NCBI GenBank assembly: GCA_028534125.1
Contig: CM052818.1
Coordinates: forward strand, 18,850,001 to 18,914,000
Origin: Lama glama
Lineage: Eukaryota
Length of the DNA stretch: 64,000 bases
Direction of reading: 5' to 3'
The position numbers and the translations under genes are program-made. Under the pieces are notes generated by a model. That model ran no database searches. It saw only the letters and a list, made by a program, of their open reading frames with translations, and was not told the DNA's origin. This document shows, in pieces, positions 12,397 to 25,610 of this stretch (positions are counted from its first letter, which is position 1; each line of letters begins with the position of its first letter).

Positions 12397-13903
12397 TCTG
12401 TAGGCATTGCCATTTCTTTTTCCTTTCTAAGTAACAAGTTACAACATCAGAAGTGGTGATGCATCTTCCATTACTGAAAATAAGCCAATTTTTACAACAC
12501 ATATTATTATTAATCTTCAATTATCTTTGATGGGTTTAGCAAAGGGGAAGCAATTTTCCCCATACCCATAAGAATTGCTGTATCATTAAATTCACTTTAT
12601 TGTATGATTTAAAATTAATAAGCAGGGAAGAAAATTTAGTAGTTGTCAATAAAATTCCATTTTAAATTGCAGTAATTTCTTTTCTGGATGTACTTGATAT
12701 CTAGCAATCATGTATAAAATGTTGCTTCTGTATAGATACTGTATCACATAGAATTTATTTTCAGTTCTGAGGCAGTCAAGTCTTCTAAGAATAAAATAAG
12801 TGTTAAAATAATTGAATCTTTGAAATATGCATTTGCCCTTCTTTGGTTAGAAAGTGGTAGTTTACTAGAAAGAACCCAGGATTCTGAGATAAAAGAAGAA
12901 AATGGGAAAGTTATTTAACTTTTCTGGTTATCAACTTTATCTTTATTAAATAAAGACCTTCAAGTAATTAGAAGATTTCTCAGGTTTCTTCCAACCCTGG
13001 AATCCAATGAAGTTTGGACAGCATGCTTTAAACACACACACACATGCACACATGCACACATACACACGCACTTTATTTATTTGAATGAATACTACTACTG
13101 TTAAATTGTCTTTAATAACTATGGGTCTTGGAACATATTTGCATGAAATGAATAGAGACCTATTGAATTTACTCAAGTAAAATTTTTTTTCCTTTTGAGT
13201 AATTGTGTCATGTAGAACAAGAATGTATAAAATATACATGTGTGAGTACATATTAAAAATAAATGTATAGTAACCACCACCCAGACTAAGAAATAGAACA
13301 CTGCTCTTCCTTAAAAACCTCTGGTTTACACCTCTCAGAACACATCTTTCTCCCTGCCCTGCAGAGGTAACTGTTATATTGCTTTTTTGAGATAATCATT
13401 CTCTTATTATCCTTTACAGATTTTACCATCTATATGGGTGTTGTTAAATAATATGTTATTTTTAAAGAAGTTGTATTATAAAAATATCATTTTGCATTTC
13501 ACAAAGGAAAAGGGAAGGACAGGAATCAATACATTTCGGGACTCTCAGGATCAAGATTTAGAGACCTTTGCTCTAGCGCTCTACCATTAATGTGCCTCTG
13601 CTACCAAAGTATTGAGGTAGAAAGTCTTACTGGCTGAAATGGCTTTTTTCTCCTTAGTCAGTTCTCTACCTGTGATCCAATTAACTGTGGCTGGGGAGAA
13701 TGTAACATGGTAGAAACAGGGCTGCCAGAACAGTCCCCGTCATGATTTATTCAAACGTTATGTACACTGCTCAAGAAATAGCTAGATACAATGTATAGTC
13801 AGCCAATGATGGTGTCACTTTGAACAACTCTGAACTACCATTGGCTTTGTTTTCTCACTGGTAAATACTGCTTTTCACATTCTGTTAAAAAATAATGGTA
13901 AGC

Positions 13904-14052
13904 TTTTTTTTTTTTGGTGGGGGGAGGGAGGTAATTAGATTTATTTATTTATTTACTTTTTTTTTTTTTTATGAGGAGGTACTGGGGATTCAACCTAGGA
14001 CTTCATACATGCTAAGCATGTGCTCTACCACTTTGAGCTATGCCCTCCCCCC
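13904..14052 (-). mobile_element. tRNA-derived SINE, camelid Vic-1 type
   Basis: Minus strand reads GGGGGAGGGCATAGCTCAAAGTGGTAGAGCACATGC...GGTTGAATCCCCAGTACCTC (A and B boxes), then an AT-rich tail and poly(A). Degenerate TSD AATGGTAAGC / AACGGTAACC. Confidence 0.85.
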
Positions 14053-14770
14053 TAAAAAAACGGTAACCTTAATTCAGTTAATGGGGCAAAGGAAATAATT
14101 TTCCCCTTTAATTATTTAATTATTATTCCGCCTTTCTTGCGTGTCTGTCTTGCCACTTAATGGAGAAATGCACTGAGTCTCACCCACTGCTCTGTGTTGG
14201 GCTTGTGTTCTCTAGCCAGAAATGTGATAGAATGAAATGCATTCTTCTCTGTTCACCACATAATTTAAAACATAAATTGTGTATTAGAGATGCAGATCAT
14301 TGATTTTACCCATCCTCTGTTCTAAAAGATTCTGACTCTTGCCTCCACCACTGTAGAAACTTTGCTGGCCTATTTGTACTGTGTGACCCTACCCCTCCTC
14401 TGGACTTTGGTAAATAAGCCATGGGCAGACATTTGGCTGGCCCAAGGAGATGTACCCTATTTTGTAGCTAAACCAGTCAAATTCTCCTTTTTGAATATTT
14501 GAGAGAGGAGACAAGGGAGTGGTTAACCTAGGGAGTGGTTAACTGTATCACTTTCATAGGGGAGCTGGAAAGAGTGACTGCCCTGTTCCCACCCTTGCCT
14601 TCTCCTTGAATTCTGTAAGATCAGTAATTCTTATAGTACAGATCAAGAGTATAATAAACACTTGAACAAATTTTAGTAGGTACTTGAAATAAAACTTGGT
14701 CTAAAACAAATAGAAACTTTTTTAAAATATATTTTTTCCTTTAAAAAAAAAACCAATTTATTTCCTAAAA

Positions 14771-14960
14771 CAGTGGTTCTTAAACTTGAGCATGCACCAG
14801 AATCAGCTGGAGGTTTGTTAAAACACAGATTCTGGGTCCCATCCCAGAAGTTCTGATTCAGTATATTTGGGATGGGGGCAGGGCATTATAATTCACATTT
14901 CTAACAAACCCAGGTGATACTGATCTACCTTGTCCAAGGACCACTCCTTGAGAAACAATG
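14771..14960. mobile_element. MER5A
   Basis: CAGTGGTTCTTAAACTT...TTCTGATTCAGTA...TTGAGAAACAATG. Confidence 0.8.
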
Positions 14961-15029
14961 TCCTAGAAATAATCATCTAATATAACATAGCTAACATGAC
15001 TTTTTTTAAACCAAAAATTCAGATTCTTC

Positions 15030-15412
15030 AGACGAGTGCGGTGGTTATGAGTTCCTACCCTGAATGAAGCTAGGTAACCCAGTTGCAAATCCTGGCTCTG
15101 ACACTTACAAAGTTGGTAAACTTGGGCAAGATAACTTACCTTTCTGTGCCTCTTCATCTGTAAAGTAGATAGTCTATTAGACAATACCAGTAGGCAGCCT
15201 AGCAGTGTACAGTTCCGGGGATCTCATTCATATAGACTACAACGTGAATGGCATCCCCTAGAATTGTGCAAAGGAGCCATCCTGTTACGAGTACTGACCT
15301 CATGGAATTGTGATGATTAAGATCATTGTAAGGATTAAATGAAGTGGAATGCATATGAATGGTTTAGAACAGTGCCATCACATGGTAAGTGTTCATTAGG
15401 TGCTAACTATTA
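15030..15412 (+). mobile_element. MIR with a nested MER91-like palindromic element (~15190-15285)
   Basis: MIR core CTTGGGCAAGATAACTTACCTTTCTGTGCCTC...CATCTGTAAA. MER91 hairpin ATTCATATAGACTACAACGTGAAT. Confidence 0.7.
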
Positions 15413-15849
15413 GAAAATAGTCCATGTCTTGGCTGTGCGAAGAAAATACTGAAAGCATAGTCATGGTAACTGTATCCCTAGTTAAGAATTAAAGGAGTGC
15501 CAGTACCACTGTGAAGGTGTAGTAGATTAAAAATGCTTTTTTTTTTCTAAGAGACATGCTTTGGAGAGCAGAGAAGTGGCAAAAGAAAATATGACCCTAA
15601 ATTGAGTGGAAAAAATATATGACCCTTATTCTCCTAGGCACAAAACTACCCTTTACCCTGTACATGTATCTAGTTTAAAATAAAATTAAACAGTCACTGT
15701 TATCACCAAATTATATTTTAATATCCTGAAACATTAATACTCTCACTATCAAGAAGTAGTTAGTGCTCTGTGTATATTGGACCCTAATGGTTTTTAAAAT
15801 TGTCGGTTTATTTCTTCAACATACTGTGTTCTGATTTAAAATATTACTG

Positions 15850-16000
15850 AAGGGCATAGGTGGTAAATTGCACAATTTTATTTGACAAGATAAGAAACTG
15901 CTTTAGCAACAAAACAGTGGAAAAACCCAAGTTGTACTTGGAACTGTAGCAATGGTACAAGCTGGGTGAACTTGATGCCATAAGAAAAGTCCTTTGAGAC
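15850..16000 (-). pseudogene. Candidate exon relic (kinase module 1, subdomains VIII-IX equivalent)
   Basis: SQRTFLMASSSPSLYHCYSSKYNLGFSTVLLL vs STK31 SQR...LSLMSPELK...SDLYAYGCLLL. The 5' side abuts an L1 insertion. Confidence 0.35.
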
Positions 16001-17485
16001 GTGTTTGTGAATGTTTATGGCAGTATTATTCAGAAGAACCAGAACCCGGAACAATCCAAATGTCCATCAACTGGTGAATAGATAAACAAAATGTTAGTTA
16101 TCTATTGCTATGACCAAATCAACTAAAAACAACAAACGTTTATTTTCTCACCATTCCTGTGTCTGAAATCTGGACCTTTCTTAGTTGAGTAACTCTAGCT
16201 TAGTCTCTCCTAAGGTTGCAAACAAGATACTGGCCAGGAATGCAGTCTCATCTGAAGGCCGGACTGCAGAGGAGGTGGTGTCTGTTTACATGCTCAGTCA
16301 TATGGTGTTAGCAGGCCTTAGTTTCTCATTGGTTGTTGGCCAGAAACATCAGTTCTTTGTCATGTGGATCTCTCCATAAGGCTGCTTACAACATGGTAGC
16401 TCAGAGTGAGGGATTCAAGAAAGAGAGAGAATGAGAGCCACCAAGATGGAAACTACACTCTTTTTATAACCTAATCTCAGAAGTGACAGCCCACTACTTT
16501 CTGTTCATTAGAAGTGAGTCACTAGGTCCAGCCCACACTCAGTGGGAAGAAATTGCACAAGGGCATGAAGATCAGGAAGCAAGGGTCACTGAGGGACATC
16601 TTAGAAATTGCCTACCAATATGTACACCCATACAGCACTACTGCTCTGCAATAAAAAGGAACAGACTACAGGGATATGCTACAAATGGATAAACCTCAAA
16701 AGCATTAGGCTAAGTAGAAGTCAGACATAAATGACCACATACTGTATGTGTCTAATATTTGACATTCTGAAAAGCCAAAATTATAGAAACAGGAAGTAGA
16801 TTAGTGGTTACTTAGGGCTGGGGGTGGGAGTGGGAAAAAGGAATTTTTTGGGGGGAGGGTGATGGACATGTTATAAAAATGGATTGTAATGATGGCTACA
16901 CAACTCTATATATTTACTAAAAATTATTAAATTGTACGCTTACAAAAAAGATGGCACAGGATACAAAACAACTAGCCTGTACTTTTCAAAAAATGTCAAT
17001 ATCATGAAAGGCAGAGGTATTATGTCATATTAAAAGAACCTAAAGAGGCATAACAGCCAACCATAATGCATGATCTTGGATTGGATCCTGAATGTGGTGG
17101 TGGAGGGGTGGTGAATGGGAGAGATGCTGTAAGGACTCTACTGGGAAAATTGGAGAAATTATATATGGACCATAGATTAGATAATTGGATTGTATCAATA
17201 TTAAAGTTTCCAAATATTTGTCCTGTGGTTATGTAGGAGAATGCCTTCGTTCTTAATAAATACATGCTATTTAGGGGTAAAGTTGCATGTTTTCTGCAAC
17301 TTCCTCTCAACTGGTTTGGGAAAAAAAATTATAGAGAGAATATAGAAGAGTGATAGAGCAAATGTAGTTAATTGTTAATTGCTGGAGAATCTGAGTGGAA
17401 GGTGTATCAGAATTCTTTGTACTGTTCTTGCAACTCTTTTGTAAGTTTAAAATTGTATCAAATTTAAATTTAAAAAAAATAAAAC
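16001..17485 (+). mobile_element. Old L1M 3' regions with a nested MLT1 LTR (~16092-16620)
   Basis: AATCCAAATGTCCATCAACTGGTGAATAGATAAACAAAATG resumes at about 16621 after the MLT1. L1MC-type 3' UTR at 17000-17480. Confidence 0.7.
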
Positions 17486-18331
17486 AAATCTTTGAATAAA
17501 ATTCACCCTCTGTCCCTTAGCTTCCAGCCAGGATCAAATACAACTACCAATACAAACAGAAAAACCAACTGGAGCAAAAAGAAAACAAATTATTTTTGAC
17601 CTGTTACTTGTCAGGTACTGTTTTTCTTTGTTTTATTTAAATCTTTTAACACACTGGAAGCACTGTTTCTTGACCTCATCTGTGCATTACAATCACCTAG
17701 GGAGTTTTAAAGCTCCTTATACTCTGGCAACAACCTCTCTGGTGAATTTAAAAGCTCTGGGGGTGAGACCCTGTCATCAGTATTTTTAAAGTTCTCTGGG
17801 TGATTCCATTGTGCAGCCAAGGTTGAGACCACTGTCTTTGACCTAAAGTCTAAGGTCTAAAGACGTTTATTATCTCCCTTTTATAATTGTCAAAGCAAAG
17901 GCCCAGGGAGATTCAATAACTTACCCAGCTTGTGGAAGTAGCAGAGGGATTGGATGGACACAGGTATACAGAAAATGGGAGACATCCATGTGACCCCATT
18001 TTCAGGCTCTTACTACCTCACCTTCTGGCCCTCTTGGGTCTTTACCCCGCTTTCTCAAGCTTGATCTTCAGACAAGGAGCTGAGCTGAATGCTGCAAAAT
18101 ACAATCACACTTGCTTTGGATTTTAAGGAACTTATAAAATGAACACAAACATATAAAAGGTAGTGCATATTTATAGAAATATCCTATAAAAGCACATAGC
18201 TGCTTTGTGAGAGGGTGAAATGTGGTGTTGGGAGTAGTTTCAATCCAGAAAGACTTTGATAAGTGGACAAGATAGAGAACTTTACATCTCTAAGCACTCC
18301 TTCTCATGATAGCATATTTCTTTTCAACTTT

Positions 18332-20563
18332 TATACATATATGTTATATATATGTATATATATAAGTGTAGTCAGTTTATAATGTGTCAATTTCTGGTGT
18401 ACAGCATAATACTTCAGTCATACATGAACATACATATGTTCATTTTCATATTTTTTCACCATAAGTTACTACAAGATAGTGAATGTAGTTCCCTGTGCTA
18501 TATACTATAAACTTGTTGTTTATCTATTTTATATATATATTAGTTATTATCTGCAAATCTCAAACTCCCAATTTATCCCTTTCTCCAGTAACCATAAGTT
18601 TGTTTTCTATGTTTGTGAGTCTGTTTCTGTTTTGTAAATAAGTTCATTTGTCTTTTCATTAGGTTCCACATATAAGTGATATCGTATGATATCTTTCTTT
18701 CTCTTTCTGGCTGACTTCACTTAGAATGACATTCTCCAGGGCCATCCATGTTGCTGCAAATGGCATTATTTTATTCCTTTTCATGGCTGAGTACTATTCC
18801 ATTGTATAAATATACTACAGCTTCTTTATCTAATCATCTGTTGATGGACATTTAGGTTGTTTCCATGTCTTGCCTATTGTAAATAGTGCTGCTACAAAAT
18901 TGGAGTACAAATATCTTTTTGAATTAAAGTTTCCTCTGGATTTATGCCCAGGAGTGGGATTGAATTATATGTCATCTATTTTTAGTCTTTTGAGGAATCT
19001 CCGTACTGTTTTCCATAACAGCTGCACCAAACTACATTCCCACCAACAGTGTAGGAGGGTTCCCTTTTCTCCACACCCTCTCCAGCACTTATTGTTCATA
19101 GACTTTCTAATGATGGCCATTCTGACTGGTGTGAGGTGATTTTAGCAGGAAGACTTTCAGCTTTTCACCTTTGAGTATTATGCTGGCTGTAGATTTGTCA
19201 TAAATAGCTTTTATCATGTTGAGATATGTTCCCTCTATACTCACTTTGATTAGAGTTTTTATCATAAACGGGTGTTGAATTTTATCAAATGCTTTTTATG
19301 CATCTGTTGAGATGATCATATGATTTTTGTCCTTTCTCCTGTTCATGTGATTGATTTGCATATGTTGAACCATCCTTGTGTCCTTGGGATGAACCCAACT
19401 TGATCATGGTGTACAATCTTTTTTATGTGCTGTTGGATTCTGTTTGCTAATATTTTGTTGAGGATTTTTGCATCTATGTTCATCAACGATACTGGCCTAT
19501 TGTTTTCTTTTTTGGTAGTGTCTTTATCTGGCTTTGGTATCAGGGTGATGGTGGCTTCATAGAATGAGTTTGGGAGTATTCCCTCCTCTTCAGTCTTTCG
19601 GAAGAGTTTGAGAAGGATTGGTATGAGCTCCTCTTTGTATGTTTGATAGAATTCTGCAGTGCAGCCATCTGGTTCTGGACTTCTGTTTTCAGAGGGGTAT
19701 TTTACATTGCTGATTCTATTTCGCTTCTAATGACTGGTCTGTTCAAATGATCTATTCCTTCTTGATTCAGTTTTGGTGGACTTTATGTTTCTAGAAACTT
19801 GTCCTACTTTCAGCCCCACCTTCAAGCCCCACCTCTCTTCTCCTGAGAACACACCAACAATGGAACCAATCCAAGAAAGCAGCTATGGAGTGGCTGTGTT
19901 GTGCCTCCCCCTACCCCCACACACCAGAAGTGATGCTCTTTCATGGGGGTCCCAGGCTGTTCTGTTCGACACACACCCCCAACCAGAAGTCACTCACCTT
20001 TCAGTCCCCTGAGGCTGCCTCTGTGCCCCAGCCTTCTGCCCAGGCTCCTCACCGATCTCTACCATCCAGTCCCATCTTTTCCCTGCCATCTTGCATCTAG
20101 AGCTGGGGATCGCAGGGACCCCCCCATGTCAGTTTCCCTTAGTTCTGTCTGCTAAGTGGCTGCCACTTTCTCCTCTGAGCCTCAAAAGCTCCGCTTCTGT
20201 CCCTAATGACCTCCCGGCTGGCTGGCGAAGGGGAGTCCCATTGTGAAGGTGTTTATCTTCCTGTGCTGCTCCCTCCCCACAGGACTGGTCCTGCACTAAT
20301 TTTTTTCTTTTTTTCTCTTACCAGATTTTGTGATAATCTGACTGTATTTAGAAGTGAGAGACACTCTGCCAGAGTTCAGTAGGTTTTCTTTCCTTTCAGG
20401 AGTCAATCAAATACTCAGTAGGTCCCTTAGTCCAGGTGGTAAGATTACCTTGTTTAGATGAAACAGTGTCCCTTTCAGTGGGTTCGTAGATGTAATTCTT
20501 GGTGTATTTGTTTGAGAGAGCAAGCTGTGAGTCTCTTTTCTCCACCATCTTGGCCAGCTCTTC
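18332..20563 (-). mobile_element. Internally deleted L1 retaining 5' UTR, an RT fragment and the 3' end
   Basis: 3' UTR and ORF2 end at 18332-19140, ORF2 RT-region block at 19141-19804, 5' UTR at 19805-20563 ending CTCCACCATCTTGG. TSD TCTTTTCA(A/G)CTTT at 18319-18331 and 20564-20576. Confidence 0.85.
20385..20480 (+). repeat. Local direct duplication, copy 1 (copy 2 at 22147-22236)
   Basis: The 53-bp string TTTCTTTCCTTTCAGGAGTCAATCAAATACTCAGTAGGTCCCTTAGTCCAGGT is identical in both copies, then near-identical through AGTGTCCCTTTCAGTG. Confidence 0.95.
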
Positions 20564-20799
20564 TCTTTTCAGCTTTATTTCTTTACTATTTTTCTCTTTG
20601 GCTCCTCCTTAAATTTCCTTCGACTAGACAAAACAGACCTCTAAAAAAAATCTTAAATAAGAAATTTCAAAAAGATTTCACCCCAAATTTAGAATAGTTA
20701 AGTATGCTTCCTTTAAGCCCCATTTCTCAGTAACTTGTAGATCTTTAGAAAGAACTATGTCTCATTTTAGTTTAGTCCCATCTATTAACTTTTCATATT

Positions 20800-21115
20800 G
20801 CTGAACAGATAATATTCATGTAGTAAACCTTAATTGTTGTTGTTCCTGGGTTTCACAAACGTTTAGAAATAAGCCTCTGCAAGTACTATTTAAGCTGAAA
20901 AAGGGGAAATTTGACCCATCGTTTATCACTTAGCTCGTTAGCATTCTAATATGACTACAATTTGCATTTGACTAAGGGTTTGTTTTTTCACTCTTGTAAT
21001 CTTGTTGGCAGAATATCGCAGTTTTTGGTTGATTTTTTTTTAAAACAAATTGTCTATCTACATTAGGGAAATAAGGTGGTGTTAATACAAGAAAATTGAA
21101 AGTGAATTAATTGCT
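20800..21115 (-). pseudogene. STK31-like exon relic (kinase module 1, subdomains V-VII equivalent)
   Basis: ttgttttag| at 21116. FLVLTPPYFPNVD...KSEKQTLSQMQIV...NNN*GLLHEYYLF vs STK31 YLMVPYYPRAN...NSEETLKVMKGV...NREQGIVGDFDF. Confidence 0.65.
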
Positions 21116-21272
21116 CTAAAACAATTCCATGTTGGTTTAGCCTCTTAGGTGGTGTTATTTGCATGGGTCTCACAAATGCTAATGATCAATTCACATTGAC
21201 ATTTAAACAAAATCAACCCTAAGACATTTCTCACACTTCCTAATGAATGATTTTCTCTTAATCTCAAATTAC

Positions 21273-21408
21273 CTAGGTCCTGCAGTGATCTAGGATAGCT
21301 CTACTTTAATTAGTAAAAGAGTGGCTGAGGCTTTCCAATAGCTTCTTCAGGTAACTAATTCAGAATGAACTAGCTGTTTTCTAGCTCTGTACCCATCAAA
21401 GAATGTAC
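21273..21408 (-). pseudogene. STK31-like exon relic (kinase module 1, helix-C region)
   Basis: aag|GTAC...CTAG|gtaatt. Joins the 25611 exon in phase 2 to give K-W-Y (STK31 K-G-Y). T*RSYWKASATLLLI vs TYHRAWREAEGDSGLLPL. Confidence 0.45.
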
Positions 21409-21631
21409 CTTGATGTGGATACACATAAGAAGGAAATTAACTGGACGATGTTGAGGCAATCTTACTGGTATTGAGATTTTTATTATTAAAAAAAGTAATT
21501 AAATATTTTAGGTAATAACATGTTATTATACAATAGTCTAAAAATATTTCAGAAGGCCTATAGTAAAAAGCACATTCACTCTAGAGAGAGGCAGGGTATC
21601 TCCAGTGTCATGACACCATTCCTTTCTATAT

Positions 21632-21994
21632 GTGCTATAGACTGAACGTTTGTGACCCCCAAAAATTCATATGCTGGAACCTAATCTCCAAAATGATAGT
21701 ATTTTGGAGGTAGGGACTTAGGGAGATAATCAGGTCATGAGGGTGAAGCACTCATTAATGAGATTAGTGCGTTATAAAAGAGACGTCCAAAGTGCCTACC
21801 CATTTTGCCCATGTGAAGACACGGCAATAAGATGGTGGTCTGTGAAGCAGGAAATGGGCTCTTACCAGACACCAAATCTGCAAGCAGCTAAATTTTGGAA
21901 TTCCCAGTCTTGGGAACTCTGAGAGATAAATTTCTGTTGTTTAAGCTACTCAGTCTATGGTGTCCTGTTATAGCAGCCCATATAGACTAAGACA
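21632..21994 (+). mobile_element. MLT1A/B-type MaLR solo LTR
   Basis: TGCTATAGACTGAACGTTTGTGACCCCC...TGTTATAGCAGCCCATATAGACTAAGACA. Confidence 0.85.
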
Positions 21995-22146
21995 GTATGT
22001 GTACTAGGTGTCCCAGTATAAGAAGATGTATACAAATATATAACACAGTGATACAAATATAGATAAAAGTATAGAGATATATATATATAGATGTATTTAT
22101 TGGACAATTATATATATTATTATACACACATGCACACACATATACA

Positions 22147-22236
22147 TTTCTTTCCTTTCAGGAGTCAATCAAATACTCAGTAGGTCCCTTAGTCCAGGTT
22201 GGAAGATTACCTTGGTTAGGAGTGTCCCTTTCAGTG
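22147..22236 (+). repeat. Local direct duplication, copy 2 (likely donor of 20385-20480)
   Basis: Near-identical to 20385-20480 and lies outside the L1. Confidence 0.95.
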
Positions 22237-22735
22237 CCCTACTATATACTGTGGTAACAGGTTTTCATCACATTTCTCTGTCCTGGGACAAAGTGCCTAA
22301 TGAACTCCTTTACAGTAGAAAAGGGACTTAAAATACCTGTAAATTAGGAATCCCAAATAATTAATTAGTAGTGATAGAATTTTTGGAATGCAGACAAGAG
22401 AGAGGAGCGATAATTAAAAGAACATTAACAATTACCAAGCACCTACTATATGCAGGAGATTATGGTAATCATGTTCAACCTATGTTATCCTGTTTCATTC
22501 TCTCAGCAACCATGAGAGACAGATGCCATCTTTCCCACCTGAAAAGTGGTAGAGGTTTAATAACTTGCTAAATACAATGAAGTGTAAGAGTGGAGATTCA
22601 AACCCACTTTGAAGTTCTATCCACTTGAAAGCCTGCTTTCTTTTCACTACACCATGCTGCTATCAGAACAAAAGAAGCTTCAATAAAATCTGATAAGAAA
22701 ATAAATCTGAAAATTTTATATCTTATTGAGGGAAA

Positions 22736-23302
22736 TGTTACCAAGCTCAGGTTTCACTGCTCGAAAAGCCAATATTTGAGAGACAAGTTCTGGTAGGAAT
22801 GTAAAGGTTGCTTTATTCAGGAGATCAGCAACCTGGGAAGATAGCAGACCTGTGTCCAAAAACCAACTCTGAAGATTCTGCTTAACCATGAAAGTTTTAA
22901 AGGGAGAATCATTTGGGGGAGTGGATCAGAGTCTTCATTATCTTCCACTGTGTGCAGACTTTTTTCTGCTTGGTTGGTGGTGAGGTAATAGGGCAGTGTT
23001 CCAGAAATCTTGTGCTCAGCCTGAAGTTACCATCCTCCACCTGGGGGCCTTAGTTCCTGTAGAAGTACTCAGAGATATGTTTCAGGTTGCTATGCACATC
23101 CTTAGGAGGAAGCAGGGTCCTGCCCCTTTGCTGCACTATTGTTTCTTGACTACTTTTCCTTTGTTTCTGCGTTCCCTCACTTCCCTAATTTGAATCTACC
23201 CTTTGGAACTCAGGGGAGATATAGGAGGCTGAAAGCCTTTTTCCTACAAACAAGAAACTGGGAACAAAGAAAGTCTTTTGTATCTGGGAGGGCTCAGTTT
23301 CA
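22736..23302 (-). mobile_element. ERV-type solo LTR
   Basis: TGTTA...TTTCA termini. TTTATT (minus-strand AATAAA) at about 22813. No convincing TSD. Confidence 0.65.
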
Positions 23303-23769
23303 AAAGGAAACTGACTTCACTCTATTAACAATTCATAAGTCTCATCAAGAACCCATGATGAATATGGCACTGGATTCTGGAAGATGCCAGTAAATCCTCA
23401 GGATGGTTCCTGCCTTTGAGGAGGTGATTATATGATGTGGAGCTTGAGCATGGACCCCTGAAACACTAAATACACCTTATAGATGTGAATATATGTGAGA
23501 GACTGCCTGGGAAGTTCAGGAATAGGAGAGATGTGGTGATAAAAAAGGTCTCCTGAGGGACTGGAGCAGGGCCTTGAAGGACAAGAAGGTGAAAGGAATT
23601 GGGTCAGGGCAAAGAAGATAAGGAAAGAGAGCCAGGTGGGAATATTGAGGCTTGGATCTTCTGAGTCTTGAACATACATATGACGTCCATACCATATACA
23701 TACGATACATGCATGAGTGTGAGTATGGCTACATTTCTTTACACTTTAAAGAGTACATTACTTATATTT

Positions 23770-24560
23770 CTGGCAGGAGAGTTAAGTTAATGCAACCACT
23801 CTGAAGAGCCATTTGGTAATATCCAAATAGATATGTGCACCTTTGTTCCAGTAATTTTATTACTGAGTATATATCCTGGAGAAATTCCCCCTCACGTACT
23901 CAAGTTGCTATGAATAGAATGGTCATTGCATGTTTTTAACAACAAGATATTAGAGCCAACTTACATGTCAATTTATAGTAAAAAGAGTAAATAAATTCCA
24001 GCATATTCATCTACTAGAATATCTATGATGCAATGGTTAAAATTCAGTGAAGTGGAACTATATACATAAACATGATAAATCTCAAAAACAATGGTAAGGG
24101 ATAAAAGCATATTGCAGAATATATTTGGAATGATATTCATATAAAGTTTTAAAAACAGGCCAACAGTCTTATATATCACATATTTGTACCAAAAATATAC
24201 TACAGTACCACATTTCATATATATACTATGTAGTAAAAAGATAAAAATAAAATTCATGATAGTGTTAATCCCTGAAAATGACAAATTTGAATACAACTTG
24301 GAAAGGGCCTTCAACAGTTGGTAGAATAATTTATTTTTTGAACTGTGTACTGGGTACATGAGTGCTTATATATCAATCTCTAATATTTTGTATGCCTATA
24401 ATATTTCAACCTAAAAACATTAGAAAAGCTAAAAAGAACTAAAAAGATACACAGTGAAATCCTTAATAGTATTTGTTGAGATTATAATGCAGATTAAAAT
24501 TTCTTCTTTATATTCTATATTTTCCAAAATAAATAATAAAATAAATAAAAACAAGTTTTA
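23770..24560 (+). mobile_element. Old L1ME-type 3' fragment
   Basis: GCAACCACTCTGAAGAGCCATTTGGTAATATC; ATAAATCTCAAAAACAAT; A-rich end. Confidence 0.65.
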
Positions 24561-25087
24561 GAAGCAGTACATTACAAAGCCATGATATATTGCAAGAGCT
24601 TAGAACAGTAATTGGCATACATTAAAGTCTCCATAAATATTCACTGAGTGCATGAATGAAATGGATGGATGAATAATTGAGACCTTAGCAGTACAGTCTA
24701 GCAGGGAGGAAGAGAAAGCTACGAATGGTGGAGGCAGGCTAGTGCCTGAGTCAGATAATCCTATGTGGCACCATGTACAGCAGCCATATTCCTGTTCCTA
24801 AGGAGTTAGAACCAACTCAGGTATAACGAGATTGGGCAAAGGCAAAAATGTTAACCTGATCAATTTTCCCCACTCTCAGCCAACTATTTCTACCTTCTTT
24901 CTCTTTCCCACCTACCTGTGTTGCTGAGATTCCATCATTCCTAGAACCTAAGCCAACCTGTCACCATTTGTAGGACAAGTGGAAATGTCTGTATATAAAT
25001 GGCATCCACGTATAAGCAGCTAGCCTAGGTAACCTAGGTTGTATCTAGACATAGAATAGATAAAAGCTAGTGAATTTACACTAGGAT

Positions 25088-25452
25088 TGTCTTAGTTTGG
25101 GCTGCCACAACAAAGTACCATAGACTGAATGGCTTATAAAAAACAGAAATGTATTTCTTACAGTTCTGGAAGCTGAAACTCCCAGATCAGTGTGCTAGCA
25201 TTGTTGGGTTCTGGTGAGAGCCCACTTCTGGGTTTTGTGCTGATTTCTTGCTGTCTCCTTATATAACCAAAAAAAAAAAAAAAAGGTAAGAGAGCTCTCT
25301 AGGGCCCCTTATATAATGGCACTGATCCCATTCATGAAAGTTCCACCCTCATGAGCGAATTATCTCCCAAAGGCCTCACCTCCTAATGCCATCACATTAG
25401 GGGTTAGAATTTCAACATGAATTTTGGGGGACACAGATATTCAGCCCATAAG
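25088..25452 (-). mobile_element. MLT1A-type MaLR solo LTR
   Basis: TGTCTTAGTTTGGGCTGCCACAACAAAGTACCATAGACTG...GGGGACACAGATATTCAGCCCATA. Confidence 0.85.
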
Positions 25453-25610
25453 TATCAAACCTTAAAAACATCATCTCAAATATTTCATTAGGCTGGGGTT
25501 GAGGCACCATAGACAGATTATATGGATTCAGTAATACATTTGCTAGATTTAAATGAGTCCATATTTGTATTTGTACTGAAGTTCTTATACACCCAACCAG
25601 AATTATATAC

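Noticed and set aside
13535..13590. tRNA-like A box (TGGTAGAGCG on minus)
   Set aside because: No convincing B box or cloverleaf.
14515..14543. 16-bp-period tandem duplication GGGAGTGGTTAAC
   Set aside because: Only two copies, consistent with ordinary slippage; not an array.
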